NCBI GenBank assembly: GCA_039807955.1
Contig: JBDHSE010000001.1
Location: 1 to 43,893 of the forward strand
Source: Ideonella sp.
GTDB taxonomy: Bacteria > Pseudomonadota > Gammaproteobacteria > Burkholderiales > Burkholderiaceae_C
DNA length: 43,893 bases
Direction: 5' to 3'
Made by a program: the position numbers and the translations under genes. The notes below the pieces were generated by a model, which worked only from the letters and a program-made list of their open reading frames with translations, was not told the DNA's origin and did not search any database. This document shows positions 16,736 through 26,900 of the stretch, piece after piece (positions within the stretch are counted from its first letter, which is position 1; each line of letters opens with the position of its first letter).

Positions 16736-17977
16736 ATGGTTTTGAATGGTGCGCAATGCGGATCGCTCGGGTGGCTCGCGCGGGCGGTCAGCGCTGGCGC
16801 CGTCCTGGTGTTTTGCGGCCTGACTACTACGGCGAACGCCCAGTTCGTTCCCAACGAGAAGCTGGTGTCGCCCAATCCGGCGTTGATCGACGCCGAGTTC
16901 AGCCAGTCGCGAGCCATGATCGCGTGGACGGACTCCAAGGGTGTGCTCTGGGTTGGCAACGTGAACCGGGCAACGGGTGCCTTCGAGCCAGTGAGCGGCC
17001 AGGGACGGCAGATTGCGACCGGCACGGTGAGCGGAATGAACATGTTCCTCTGGAACGGGCCGGAGTGGATATCGATGGCCAGCGGCGACCAGATCTACTA
17101 CAGCTACTACCTGCCGCGCCGCGCGCCGACCGCGCAGAACACGCGCATGGCGCTTGCGTTTCTGGACGCGAACGGCGAACTGAGTCAGATCAAGAAGCTC
17201 GGGCCGAACGCGCCGCGGATGGCGGACATCGCCAGCCAGACCGAGGGCGACAGGAACGCCCAGATCATGTACTTCGATCCGTACTACAACCACTACTGGC
17301 GCAACGCGCTCAATGCAAGCTCAGAGCAGATCATGCCGTTCCTGCCTGCGGAGGACAAGGCGTGGCGCTTCGCGACGGGAATGCGCGCCATGCTCTACAC
17401 CGCGCCGGTGGAGGGGACGCCACAGGTCTTTCGCTACATGCTCGATACCGCCGTCAGCGAGCAACTGACCTTCGACGCGGGAGACAAGGACACCGGCAGG
17501 ACGGTGCCCTGGATGTGGCCTGCGCCCGAGTTCGGCGGTGCGTTCGTCTTCTCGACCTTTGTCAACGGATCGGAGTTGCGTGTCTATCGCCAGGTGACAG
17601 CGCAGGACGGCAGCCAGTCCTGGGCGCCGATCTACAGCGCTTCGATGCCTGCGGGAAGGGCCGCCGGCTCGCCACAATGGTTCACCTACAACGGCAAGTC
17701 CTACCTGTACTGGGTCGCCTATGTCGACTCGAACGATTTCCCGACCGAGGTCTGGCTGTCCAACATCGACGCCTCGGATCCGCTGCTGCGCCGGGTCAAC
17801 GACGACAAGCTGTTTCGGGCCCGCAACGACCCGGAGCTCTTCATCACGACGAACTACGGTCCGCTCATCTACTACAACCGATACGACCCGAGCCGCGACC
17901 CGACGGGCGACCATCCGCTTTGCGCGGCCTGCTCAGAAGGCGTTTTCCGTGCCGATCCTGGGCTTCTCGGACGTTGA
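16736..17977 (+). CDS. Secreted hypothetical protein (beta-rich, possibly propeller-like)
   Basis: Signal peptide ...TTTANAQ. Strong RBS. Good codon bias. No family recognised. Confidence 0.6.
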   Translation: MVLNGAQCGSLGWLARAVSAGAVLVFCGLTTTANAQFVPNEKLVSPNPALIDAEFSQSRAMIAWTDSKGVLWVGNVNRATGAFEPVSGQGRQIATGTVSGMNMFLWNGPEWISMASGDQIYYSYYLPRRAPTAQNTRMALAFLDANGELSQIKKLGPNAPRMADIASQTEGDRNAQIMYFDPYYNHYWRNALNASSEQIMPFLPAEDKAWRFATGMRAMLYTAPVEGTPQVFRYMLDTAVSEQLTFDAGDKDTGRTVPWMWPAPEFGGAFVFSTFVNGSELRVYRQVTAQDGSQSWAPIYSASMPAGRAAGSPQWFTYNGKSYLYWVAYVDSNDFPTEVWLSNIDASDPLLRRVNDDKLFRARNDPELFITTNYGPLIYYNRYDPSRDPTGDHPLCAACSEGVFRADPGLLGR

Positions 17978-18122
17978 GGCCCGGTTGCGGGCGCCCGAAC
18001 TCGTTTGGCTCAGCGGCGCACGACTGCATGCGCATCGAAGGGGAGGTTGCGGACCCGCTGCCTCTGTTCAACGGTCGTGAGGCGCCAGCACCGCGCGTCT
18101 CGATCGGACGCCGTGCGCTGCC

Positions 18123-19163
18123 TCACGGCTTCATGAACTGCGCGATCAGATCGACCATTCTGACCTTGGCGAATTGCTCGAGCGAGGCGATCGGATGGTC
18201 GGCGTCGCTCACCACCCTGAAGCGAACGCGCGAATCGCAGGCGTTCCAGGTCGGACCCGTTGCATCGGCGACAGCGGCGTCGAGCGACGGCGTCTCGCCG
18301 CAGACCGCAAAGCCGCGGTCCTGGTGGCGTGCCCACTCCGAGGTGAGGATCGTGTCCGTGAGGCCGGCGGCGATCTGCTCTGGCGTCGGCGTTCTGTCGC
18401 CGAGCGCGAACATCGGCAGCTTGCTGTCCTTGCCGCCGATGACGAGGAAGTAGGGTGCCGGCGTCTGCGGCACGCAGGTCGGGCCGGGCTGCGGATATGT
18501 CGCCGAGGCCATCGGACCCGCCAGCGAAACGAACTCGTCGTAGGCAGACGTCGCCTCGCACCACATGCGTGCCGTCATCGCTCCACCTGACGAATGGCCC
18601 GAAAGCGCAACCTGGGAGACGCCGAACTGCGTTCTGACGTAGGTTGACAGCGCGCTCAGGAACGCCACGTCGTCCTGGCCCGAGTCGAAGACGTAGTTGT
18701 TCCAGCCCGGCAACCTCGTCCCGGGCAGGGCCTGACCCTGCGCGAAGACGGCGATGATCCCGTTGCGAGACAGCCAATCCCAGTTCACGTTCTTCGCCGA
18801 CTGCGGCGCGTTGACGCGATTGAAGCCAAGGTCGTAGGCCAGCTTCCATGTCGTTCCGCCCTGTCCGTGCAGGAAGACGATTGCCTTCGTCGCACCTGCG
18901 GGACGATACACGTCGACCTTGTGCGGATAGCCCGCAAGCTTGATGCCGACCAACAGCGTATTGGCTGTCGCTGTCGCCGGAATGGTTGCCGGCGCTCTTG
19001 CGCGCAACGGCGCTGCCCTCGCGTCGGCGCCGGCGGCAAGGCCCTGCGCCTGCTCGGTCGGTTCATCGATGCCACTGCCGCAAGCGGTGAGCCACAGGCA
19101 GGCCGCGACGGCCAACGGCAGCGCCGCGGGGCGCAGCACGGCGGGAAACTTGTGAGCTTGCAT
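18123..19163 (-). CDS. Lipoprotein esterase, alpha/beta hydrolase distantly related to the LpqC/PHB-depolymerase family
   Basis: Lipobox LTAC. Motifs IVFLHGQGG, QDDVAFL and the nucleophile elbow GHSSGG. I used ATG 19163 (MQAHKF...) rather than the longer ORF to 19382. Confidence 0.7.
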   Translation of the reverse strand: MQAHKFPAVLRPAALPLAVAACLWLTACGSGIDEPTEQAQGLAAGADARAAPLRARAPATIPATATANTLLVGIKLAGYPHKVDVYRPAGATKAIVFLHGQGGTTWKLAYDLGFNRVNAPQSAKNVNWDWLSRNGIIAVFAQGQALPGTRLPGWNNYVFDSGQDDVAFLSALSTYVRTQFGVSQVALSGHSSGGAMTARMWCEATSAYDEFVSLAGPMASATYPQPGPTCVPQTPAPYFLVIGGKDSKLPMFALGDRTPTPEQIAAGLTDTILTSEWARHQDRGFAVCGETPSLDAAVADATGPTWNACDSRVRFRVVSDADHPIASLEQFAKVRMVDLIAQFMKP

Positions 19164-19434
19164 GGACGGGAACCTCGAGGCGCTGGCCGCGGCTGCGCGG
19201 CGTACGCGATGACGGACATGACACGGAGAGGTCGCCGTCGCGCGCCCCGGGCACCGAGTCCCGGATACGCGCGCCGCGCGACTGGCTGCGTCGGGGATAT
19301 CGGCAGGATCCGTTCGTCTCGGCGTTCCGAGATGTGTCGTGCGCGCCCGGTGCGTAACCGGCGGCAACCCGGTTGCCGACAATCTCGGCTTCGAGCCAAG
19401 CCGCGGCCCGCTGGCGCGTCGCGGTGTGGGAGCG

Positions 19435-20442
19435 CTACTGCGGGACGCCGGTCTTCCAGGCGAGCCTGATCAGTCGGCCGCATTCGAGCGACGCGTAACC
19501 CTCGCCGCTCGCCTCGCTGGTCGGGGCGTCGCGTGCGATGATGCCGTACAGCTTGCGGTCGAAGTCCACCCACGGGTAGAAGCCGAACTTGCCGGCGCTG
19601 CTGTAGGCGAAATTGCTGCTCGGGGTGTGGGTCGGATCGTCCTCGACCCAGTGGCCGAGCGAGTAGTGGAAGTTTTCGGGCAGTGCCGCCGCGGTGTCGG
19701 TGGACGCGTTGCAAGTGGGGCTCGGCTGGGTGCAGACGGCGTGCGTGCCCAGTGCGCTGCCCAGGCGCAATGGCGTTGGGCTGTCGATCAGCAGCCTACG
19801 CAGAAAGGTCGCGTAATTCGCGGCGTTGGTCCTGACGCCGCCCGGCGGCAACGGTTCGATGTACTGAAGTGCAACGTCGGTACCGATCTGCGCACGCACT
19901 TCGCCGGCAAGTGCATCGTTGCGCATCGCGCCCAGGCCCAGGTTGATCGCCAACTGCTGCATGTGTCCGCCCTGGTAGTGAAACATGCCGCTGGCAGCCT
20001 CGGACGCATTGATTCCGCCGTTCATGCATTCGGCAACAGTTCCGGTCGCAGTGCAGAGATCGTTGTTCAGGTTGCTGTAGCCGCTCGTGAAGTTGAGGAA
20101 GGGGACGAGGCGCGTTGGGTCGCCGTACTTCTCGAGCACGTAGCCTGCGAACAGCCATTTCGACGCCGATGCGATGTTCATCTCGGTGTCTGCAGTGATG
20201 CCTGCCGAACCCATGCTGCCCGAAACCAGTACGCCGTCGCGATCCCCGATCTCCCAGTAGTAGGAGCCGAGCGTCGCGACGCTGCAAAGCGGATTGGACT
20301 GGGCCGTCGCCGTCGCGGCGGCCGCCTCGCGCGACGGCGCGTCGGTTTCGCCAGCCCCGCCACCCCCGCACGAAACAAGCGTCAGTCCTGCCAGCAGCAG
20401 CGAAGCGGAACCAAGCACACGAAGTCTGGAGTCGGATTGCAT
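19435..20442 (-). CDS. Lipoprotein, beta-lactamase-fold serine hydrolase-like (paralogue B)
   Basis: Lipobox LVSC. Motifs ASASKW (S-x-x-K), FTSGYSN (Y-x-N) and SLGHWVEDDP. By eye, roughly half of the aligned residues are identical to paralogue A. Confidence 0.7.
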   Translation of the reverse strand: MQSDSRLRVLGSASLLLAGLTLVSCGGGGAGETDAPSREAAAATATAQSNPLCSVATLGSYYWEIGDRDGVLVSGSMGSAGITADTEMNIASASKWLFAGYVLEKYGDPTRLVPFLNFTSGYSNLNNDLCTATGTVAECMNGGINASEAASGMFHYQGGHMQQLAINLGLGAMRNDALAGEVRAQIGTDVALQYIEPLPPGGVRTNAANYATFLRRLLIDSPTPLRLGSALGTHAVCTQPSPTCNASTDTAAALPENFHYSLGHWVEDDPTHTPSSNFAYSSAGKFGFYPWVDFDRKLYGIIARDAPTSEASGEGYASLECGRLIRLAWKTGVPQ

Positions 20443-20931
20443 GGAAGGTGGTTCGCCGCGCGGCGGGCGACGAGAGTGATGCGCCTATCGATCGCGTCGT
20501 CCGGACGCCGCTTGTCCGGCTTGTTGGTCTTGCCCCGAACCGTTCCCATCGTGCGCAGCGCTCATCGCATCGCCCGGGCCGCCCGGTTGACGTCCGGCGC
20601 GACGCGTTTGGAAGTGTGCAGGCACTAGCGCTCGAAGCCTTCTTTGTAATGGAGACCCAGTGTCTACCCCCCACGAATGAGGGGGGGTGTAACGCGCACA
20701 AAGTCCATCATGAAGGAACAGAATCGGTCCTTGCTCGGAATCAAGAGTGTGCCATTCAATCGAGCCTTTCGTTTCGGACGGCGGTCGTGTGATGTTCACG
20801 ATCGAGGCGAATGACGATGGCCGGGCAAGGATCCATCGATTCAGAATGTCAGACCGATAAGCCCGGGCCATTTCCCGACGATGACGTGCTTGTCGGCGAC
20901 GAGCCGAAAGCAGCCTACTCGCCTCAATCTC
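20443..20931. promoter_or_regulatory. Divergent intergenic region between hydrolase paralogue B (-) and the synthase operon (+)
   Basis: This is the only clearly AT-richer stretch in the window (about 20630-20880). It contains a C6/G7 hairpin at 20666-20688. I could not pin down individual promoter elements. Confidence 0.4.
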
Positions 20932-23900
20932 ATGACCGACTTCATATCGTTCGTGTTCACGCCTGCGGGCCTGGGTGATCCGACACTTGCCATCGCGGCC
21001 AGCCGCGCCGGTGCGGTCGGTATCTACAACGCCGAACTCGACGCGGATACAGGGCAGATCGTTGCCGCGCTCGAGCGGCTCGCGGTGCATGCGCACGGCG
21101 GTTTCGGTGTCAAGCTCGATGCGATCGGTGAACCTGTCGAGGCCAAACTTCGGCTGCTGGCATCGCGCGGGCTGGGATGGGTGGTCGTCGCCGTTGACCT
21201 TGTAGCGCAGCATCAGGGCTTGCTCGAGGGCCTGCGTCAACTAGGTGTGCGCGTGCTTGCGGAGGTCCGAACCGCGGCGCCGCTGCCTGCTTCGATCACC
21301 GCGCGAATCGACGGACTGCTCGTCAAGGGCAACGAAGCAGGCGGCTTCGTCGGCGAGGATGCGAGCTTCATTCTTTTGCAGAAGTGGCTGCAACGCGGCG
21401 ATCTGCCTCTGTATCTGCGCGGCGGGCTCACGCCCCACGTGGCAGCGGCGTGCAGCGCGGTCGGCATCGCCGGCGGGGTGCTCGAATCGCAGCTGCTGCT
21501 GCTGGACGAAGTGCGTCTGCCCGATGCGCTGCGCGCGCTGATCGGCAACCTCGCCGGCAGCGAGACGGTCGCAGTCGGCGACGGCGAACGCGGGGAGTAC
21601 TTCCGCCTTCTGGTGCGGCCGGCGCTCACGGCGGCGCGCCAGTTCACGACCGAAGGCGACGGGCTGAGCATGGACGACCTGCGCCCGCTGGTGCTCGGAC
21701 GATCGAACTGGCACGAGCCGGCCACCGGCCTGCTGCCGATCGGCCAGGAGGTTGCGTTTGCCGCGCCGTGGCGCAGGAAGTACGGTCATCTGGGCGCCGT
21801 GCTGGCGGCGATCGACGAGGCGGTCCGCAGCCAGCCGAGGATCGCGGCGCAGCACCCGCCGATCGCGGAAGGGGCGCCGCTGGCGCGCTCGCTCGGCATA
21901 CGCTTTCCGATCGTCCAGGGGCCGATGACGCGCGTCTCGGACACTGCCGAGTTCGCGCTCGCGATCGCCGAGGGCGGTGCCTTGCCGATGGTCGCCTTCG
22001 CGATGCTCAAGGGGCAGGCGCTGGAGTCGCTGCTCGAACGCACCAAGGAACTGCTGGGCGAACGGCCCTGGGGCATCGGCCTGCTCGGCTTTGCGCCGCA
22101 GGAGTTGCTCGACGAGCAGCTTGCGATCGCCAAGCGATTCATGCCCGACTACGCGATCATCGCCGGCGGCCGGCCCGATCAGGCGGTTCACCTCGAACAG
22201 GCCGGTGTGCCCACCTTCCTGCATGTTCCGGCGGCGAGCCTGATCGCGACGTTCCTGCACGAAGGCGCGCGCCGCTTCATCTTCGAAGGCCGCGAGTGCG
22301 GCGGGCATATCGGGCCGCTCAGTAGCTTCGTGCTCTGGAGCTCGATGGTCGATCGCCTGCTCGCCGAACTCGGGCCGGGAAAGGTAAGGGCCGACGAAGT
22401 CGAACTGCTGTTTGCCGGCGGCATTCACGACGCACTCTCGTCGGCGATGCTGCAGGTGCTCGTCGCGCCGCTCGTCGCCGCCGGGGCCAAGGTCGGCGTC
22501 CTGATGGGCAGCGCCTACCTCTTCACGCAGGAGATCGTCGCCAGCGGCTCCATCGTGCCGCAGTTCCAGCAGGAGGTGCTCGACTGCGAACACACCGTCA
22601 ACCTCGAGTCGGGGCCGGGTCACGCGAGCCGATGCGCCTACACGCCGTTCGCGCACGACTTCTTCCGCCAGCGCGCCGAGCTCAAGCGCGACGGCGTCGC
22701 GCCCGACGAAAGCCGGCGCCTGCTCGACGATCTGATTCTCGGGCGTCTGCGCACCGCGTCCAAGGGCCGCAAGCGCGACGGCATGGGCGGCAAGCTCGAA
22801 TCGCTCGCGCCCGAACAGCAACGCGCCGAGGGCATGTACATGCTCGGCCAGGTGGCGACCCTTCGCGACGCCGTGACCGACATCGAGACCTTGCACCAGG
22901 AGGTCAGCGCGGGCGCCGCGGCGCTGCTGTCGCGCCATCTCGAGATGCCCGACGCCGTCACGCGGCGTGCAACCGGGTCGCCCGCCGATATCGCCGTCGT
23001 CGGCATCGCCGCGGTGCTGCCCAAGGCCAACAGCACGAGCGAGTACTGGGAGAACATCCTCGCCAAGGTCGATGCGATCACGGAGATCCCGTCGCACCGC
23101 TGGGACTGGCGGCTCTACTTCGACGCCGACCGCACGGTGAAGGACAAGGTCTACTCGAAGTGGGGCGGTTTTCTCGACGACATGGCGTTCGACCCGACGC
23201 GCTTCGGCATGCCGCCGAAGTCGATCGAATCGGTCGATCCGATGCAGCTGATGGCGCTCGAAGTCGCGCGCCGCACGCTGGCCGACGCCGGCTATGCCGA
23301 GCGCGCCTTCGATCGTGAACGGGCGTCGGTCATCCTTGGCGCGAGCGGCGGCACGGGCGACTTCGGAATGCAGTACGGGCTGCGCTCGGAACTGCCGCGC
23401 TTCAGCGGCAACCTGCCCGACGAGGTCGCCGCGCGCCTGCCGCAGTGGACCGAGGACTCGTTCGCCGGGATCCTGCCCAACGTCGCCGCCGGCCGCATCG
23501 CGAACCGGCTCAACTTCGGCGGCATGAACCTGACGACCGACGCCGCCTGCGCGTCGTCGCTCGCGGCCGTCTACCAGGGCGTCGGCGAGTTGATGGCCGG
23601 TCGCAGCGACTTCGTGATCGCCGGCGGCATCGATACCGTCCAGGGCCCGTTCGGCTACCTGTGCTTCAGCAAGACGCAGGCCCTGTCGCCGCGAGGACGT
23701 TGCTCGACCTTCGACGCCGGGGGCGACGGCATCGTCATCAGCGAAGGCATCGCGATGGTCGCCCTCAAGCGCCTCGTCGACGCCGAGCGCGACGGCGACC
23801 GCATTTATGCCGTCATCAAGGGCGTCGGCGCGAGCAGCGACGGCAGCGCCAAGGGCATGACCGCGCCGCTGCCGGCCGGCCAGTTGCGGGCGATGCGCCG

Positions 23901-26900
23901 CGCGTACGAGATGGCGGGCTTCGGCCCGTCGACGGTGGGTCTGTTCGAGGCCCATGGCACCGGCACCGTCGCCGGCGACACCGCCGAACTCGAGAGCACG
24001 ACCCGCCTGATCCAGGAGGAGGGCGCGGCGCCGCGCTCGGCGGTGATCGGATCGGTCAAGACGAATATCGGCCACACCAAGGCGACGGCAGGCGTGGCCG
24101 GTCTCGTCAAGGCGCTGCTCGCGGTGCATCACCGCGTGCTGCCGCCGCATTGCAACGTCAGCACCCCGAACCCGGTGCTCGCGGACCCGACAGCGCCGCT
24201 CTACCTGATCGATGAACCCACCCCCTGGCTCGACGCGGGCGACGCGCCGCGGCGCGCGGCGTGCAGCGCGTTCGGCTTCGGCGGCACCAACTTCCACGTC
24301 GTGATGGAGGAGTACGGCGCCGAGTACCGCGACTGGCTGCGCCCGCCGGCGAGCGAGCACCGAAGCGCCGAACTGTTCGTCTGGAGCGCCGACGATCGCG
24401 CGGCGTTGAAGGCGCGGATCACGGCGCTCGAGACCCGGCTGGCGGGGCTGGATGCGCTCGCGCCGCGCGACCTCGCGGCAAGCCTCGCGGCGCGCTGGCG
24501 CATGCGCGGCGAGGTGCTGGCGATCGTCGCCGGCAGCGTTGCCGATCTGCGCACCAAGCTCGCGGCGGCGATCCGCTATGCGAACGGCGAAGTGAAGGCC
24601 TTGCCGCCGGGGGTGTTCTTCGGCAGCCCGAGCGCGACGCGCGGCAAGCTTGCCGTGCTGTTTCCCGGTCAGGGCTCGCAGTACCCCGGCATGGCGCGCG
24701 AAGCGGCGCTCCATTTCGACGTGGTCGGAGAAGCGTTGGGCGCGGCCGACGCGGCGCTGCGCGACGCCTTCGAATCCCGCTTCGGCGCCGCGGCGCGGCT
24801 GTCGCAGTTCATCCTGCCGCGCGGTGCCTACGGTGACGACGGCAAGGCGCTCGCACGTGAGAAGCTGACCCGCACCGACGTTGCGCAACCGGCGCTCGGC
24901 GCGGTGGAAGTCGGCCTGCTGCGCCTGATGCAGTCGCTCGGCCTCGAGCCCGACATGTACGGTGGCCACAGCTACGGCGAGTTCGTCGCGCTGCACGCTG
25001 CGGGCGCGCTCGGCTTCGACGCGCTGATGCAGCTGTCCGCGGCACGCGGGCGCTTCATCGTCGACGCCGCGTCCGCGGCGGGCGCCGAACTGGGCACGAT
25101 GGCGGCTGTCAGCGCGACACGCGACGTGGTCGAGGAAGCGATCGCGGACATCGACGACGTCCTCATCGCCAACCACAACGCGCCGCTGCAGAGCATCATC
25201 TCGGGCACCCATGAGGCCGTGAAGGCCGCCGCGGCGAAGTTACGTCAAGGCGGGGTCGAAGTGACCGACATCGCGGTCGCCGCCGCCTTCCATTCAAGCC
25301 TCGTCAAGCCGGCGCAGCAGGCCTTGTCCGAACTGATCGAGACGCTGCCGTGGTCGCCGCCGCGGGTTGCGGTCTACTCGAACAGTTCGGGCCGTCCGCA
25401 CGCGGCCGATGTGGCGCGTGTCAAGCGCCAGATGGCCGAGCATCTTGTCAGCCCGGTCGAGTTCGTCGCCGAGGTCGAGGCGATGCACAAGGATGGCGCA
25501 CGCGTCTTCGTCGAAGTCGGACCGAAGAACGTGCTGACGCGGCTCACCTCCCGCATCCTCGACGGGCAGCCGCATGTCGCCGTCGCGATCGACGACGGCA
25601 GCGGGTTGAGCGGCCTGCTCGGCGGCATCGGCCGCCTGCTGTGCGCCGGCATTGCGCTCGACCTCGCACCGTTGTTCGTGCGCCGCGACTGCCGCCTCGG
25701 CGACCCCGACGATCCCGCTGCGCTGCTGCGCGTCGAAGCAACGCCCAAGCACGCCTGGATGCTCAACGGCAGCGGCCCGCGCAGGGCCGCCGAAGCGGTG
25801 CGCCAGGTCGGCGTGACGCTCGAGCAGGCTCGGGCCGGGCAAGTTGCTGCAAGGGTGCCCGCCGCGCCGGTCGCGCCGGCCACTGCGCGCACCTCGACGG
25901 CGGAGGCAGCGCCGGTCATCTTGCCGGCCGCACCGGCACGCACAGTTACCCCACAACCCTGGAGAAGGAGTCGATCGATGGATGAACGACGATCCGTTTC
26001 GGGCATCGCGGATCCGTCCGTCATGTCCGAGTATTTCGCGACGATGCGTCAATTCCTGGAGACCCAGGAGCGGGTGATGTCGACCTTCCTCGGCGACGGC
26101 GCGCCGTCCCGGCCGATGCTGCGTGCGCGGCCGCTTCCGGCGCTGCGGCCGATCGCCGAGTTGCCCGCGGCGCCCGCGGTCGCGGTTCCGGCTCCGCCGC
26201 CGGTTGCCGCACCGTCTGTAGTCCCGGTCACGCCCGCGCCGGCAGCGAAAGCGGTCGAGCCGGCGCCGGCCGCGCCGCCCGCACCGGTGCAGGCGATCGC
26301 AGCCGAGGTTGCCGCGCCCAAGGCGGGAGCCGAGGCGTTGTCGCGCGACAAGCTGCTCGACATGCTGCTCGGCATCGTCGAGGAGAAGACCGGCTATCCG
26401 CGCGACATGGTCGGGCTCGATCAGAACCTCGAGGCCGACCTCGGCATCGATTCGATCAAGCGCGTCGAAGTCGTCGGTGCCATGCTGCAACTGCTTCCGG
26501 CCGCGCATCGCGAAGCGCTCACCGACAGCCGCAGCAAGCTCAACACGCAGCCGACGCTCAACGGCATGCTCGACTTGATTGACAAGGCCACGGTCGGAGG
26601 CAGCACCGTCCCTTTTGATTTGGCCGGGGTGGGAGAACAGACTGGCGCCGCCAGCCACCCGCCCCGGCTGGTCATGCGTCCGCGGCAAGAGCCGTTGACG
26701 CCCGCGATGGCCCGGCGCCTGACGCCGGGGCGATTCGTCCTCACGCGCGACAGCGTCGGCGTCGCCGCTGCGCTTGCCGAGTTGCTGGCGGCGCGCGGCG
26801 CCGAGGTCGTGATCGTCGAGCCCGATATCCTGTCTTCGGAGCCGGCGCTGCTCGCTTTTTGCGAGTCGCTCGGCGCTGCTCCGATCGCAGGGGTCGTGCA

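Noticed and set aside
19362-19378. Palindrome CGGCAACC-C-GGTTGCCG downstream of hydrolase paralogue B, considered as a terminator.
   Set aside because: The effective loop is too small and there is no U-tract on the relevant strand, so the evidence is too weak to call.
20620-20635. Sigma54-like element AGGCAC-N5-CTCGA upstream of the synthase operon.
   Set aside because: The -12 element does not match TTGC. No enhancer-binding protein gene is nearby.
20485-21240. A 251-aa minus-strand ORF spanning the divergent gap and the 5' end of synthase 1.
   Set aside because: It overlaps the well-supported ER-like N-terminus of the synthase. It has no motifs and poor codon bias.
21241-25212. Very long antisense ORF (1323 aa) opposite synthase 1. 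Similar ones lie at 25294-26970, 27007-28743, 29865-31511 and 31632-33959.
   Set aside because: The translations are Arg/Ala/Gly/His-rich low-complexity sequence with no recognisable motifs. The sense strand carries complete, motif-rich PKS domains. These are typical shadow ORFs in GC-rich DNA.
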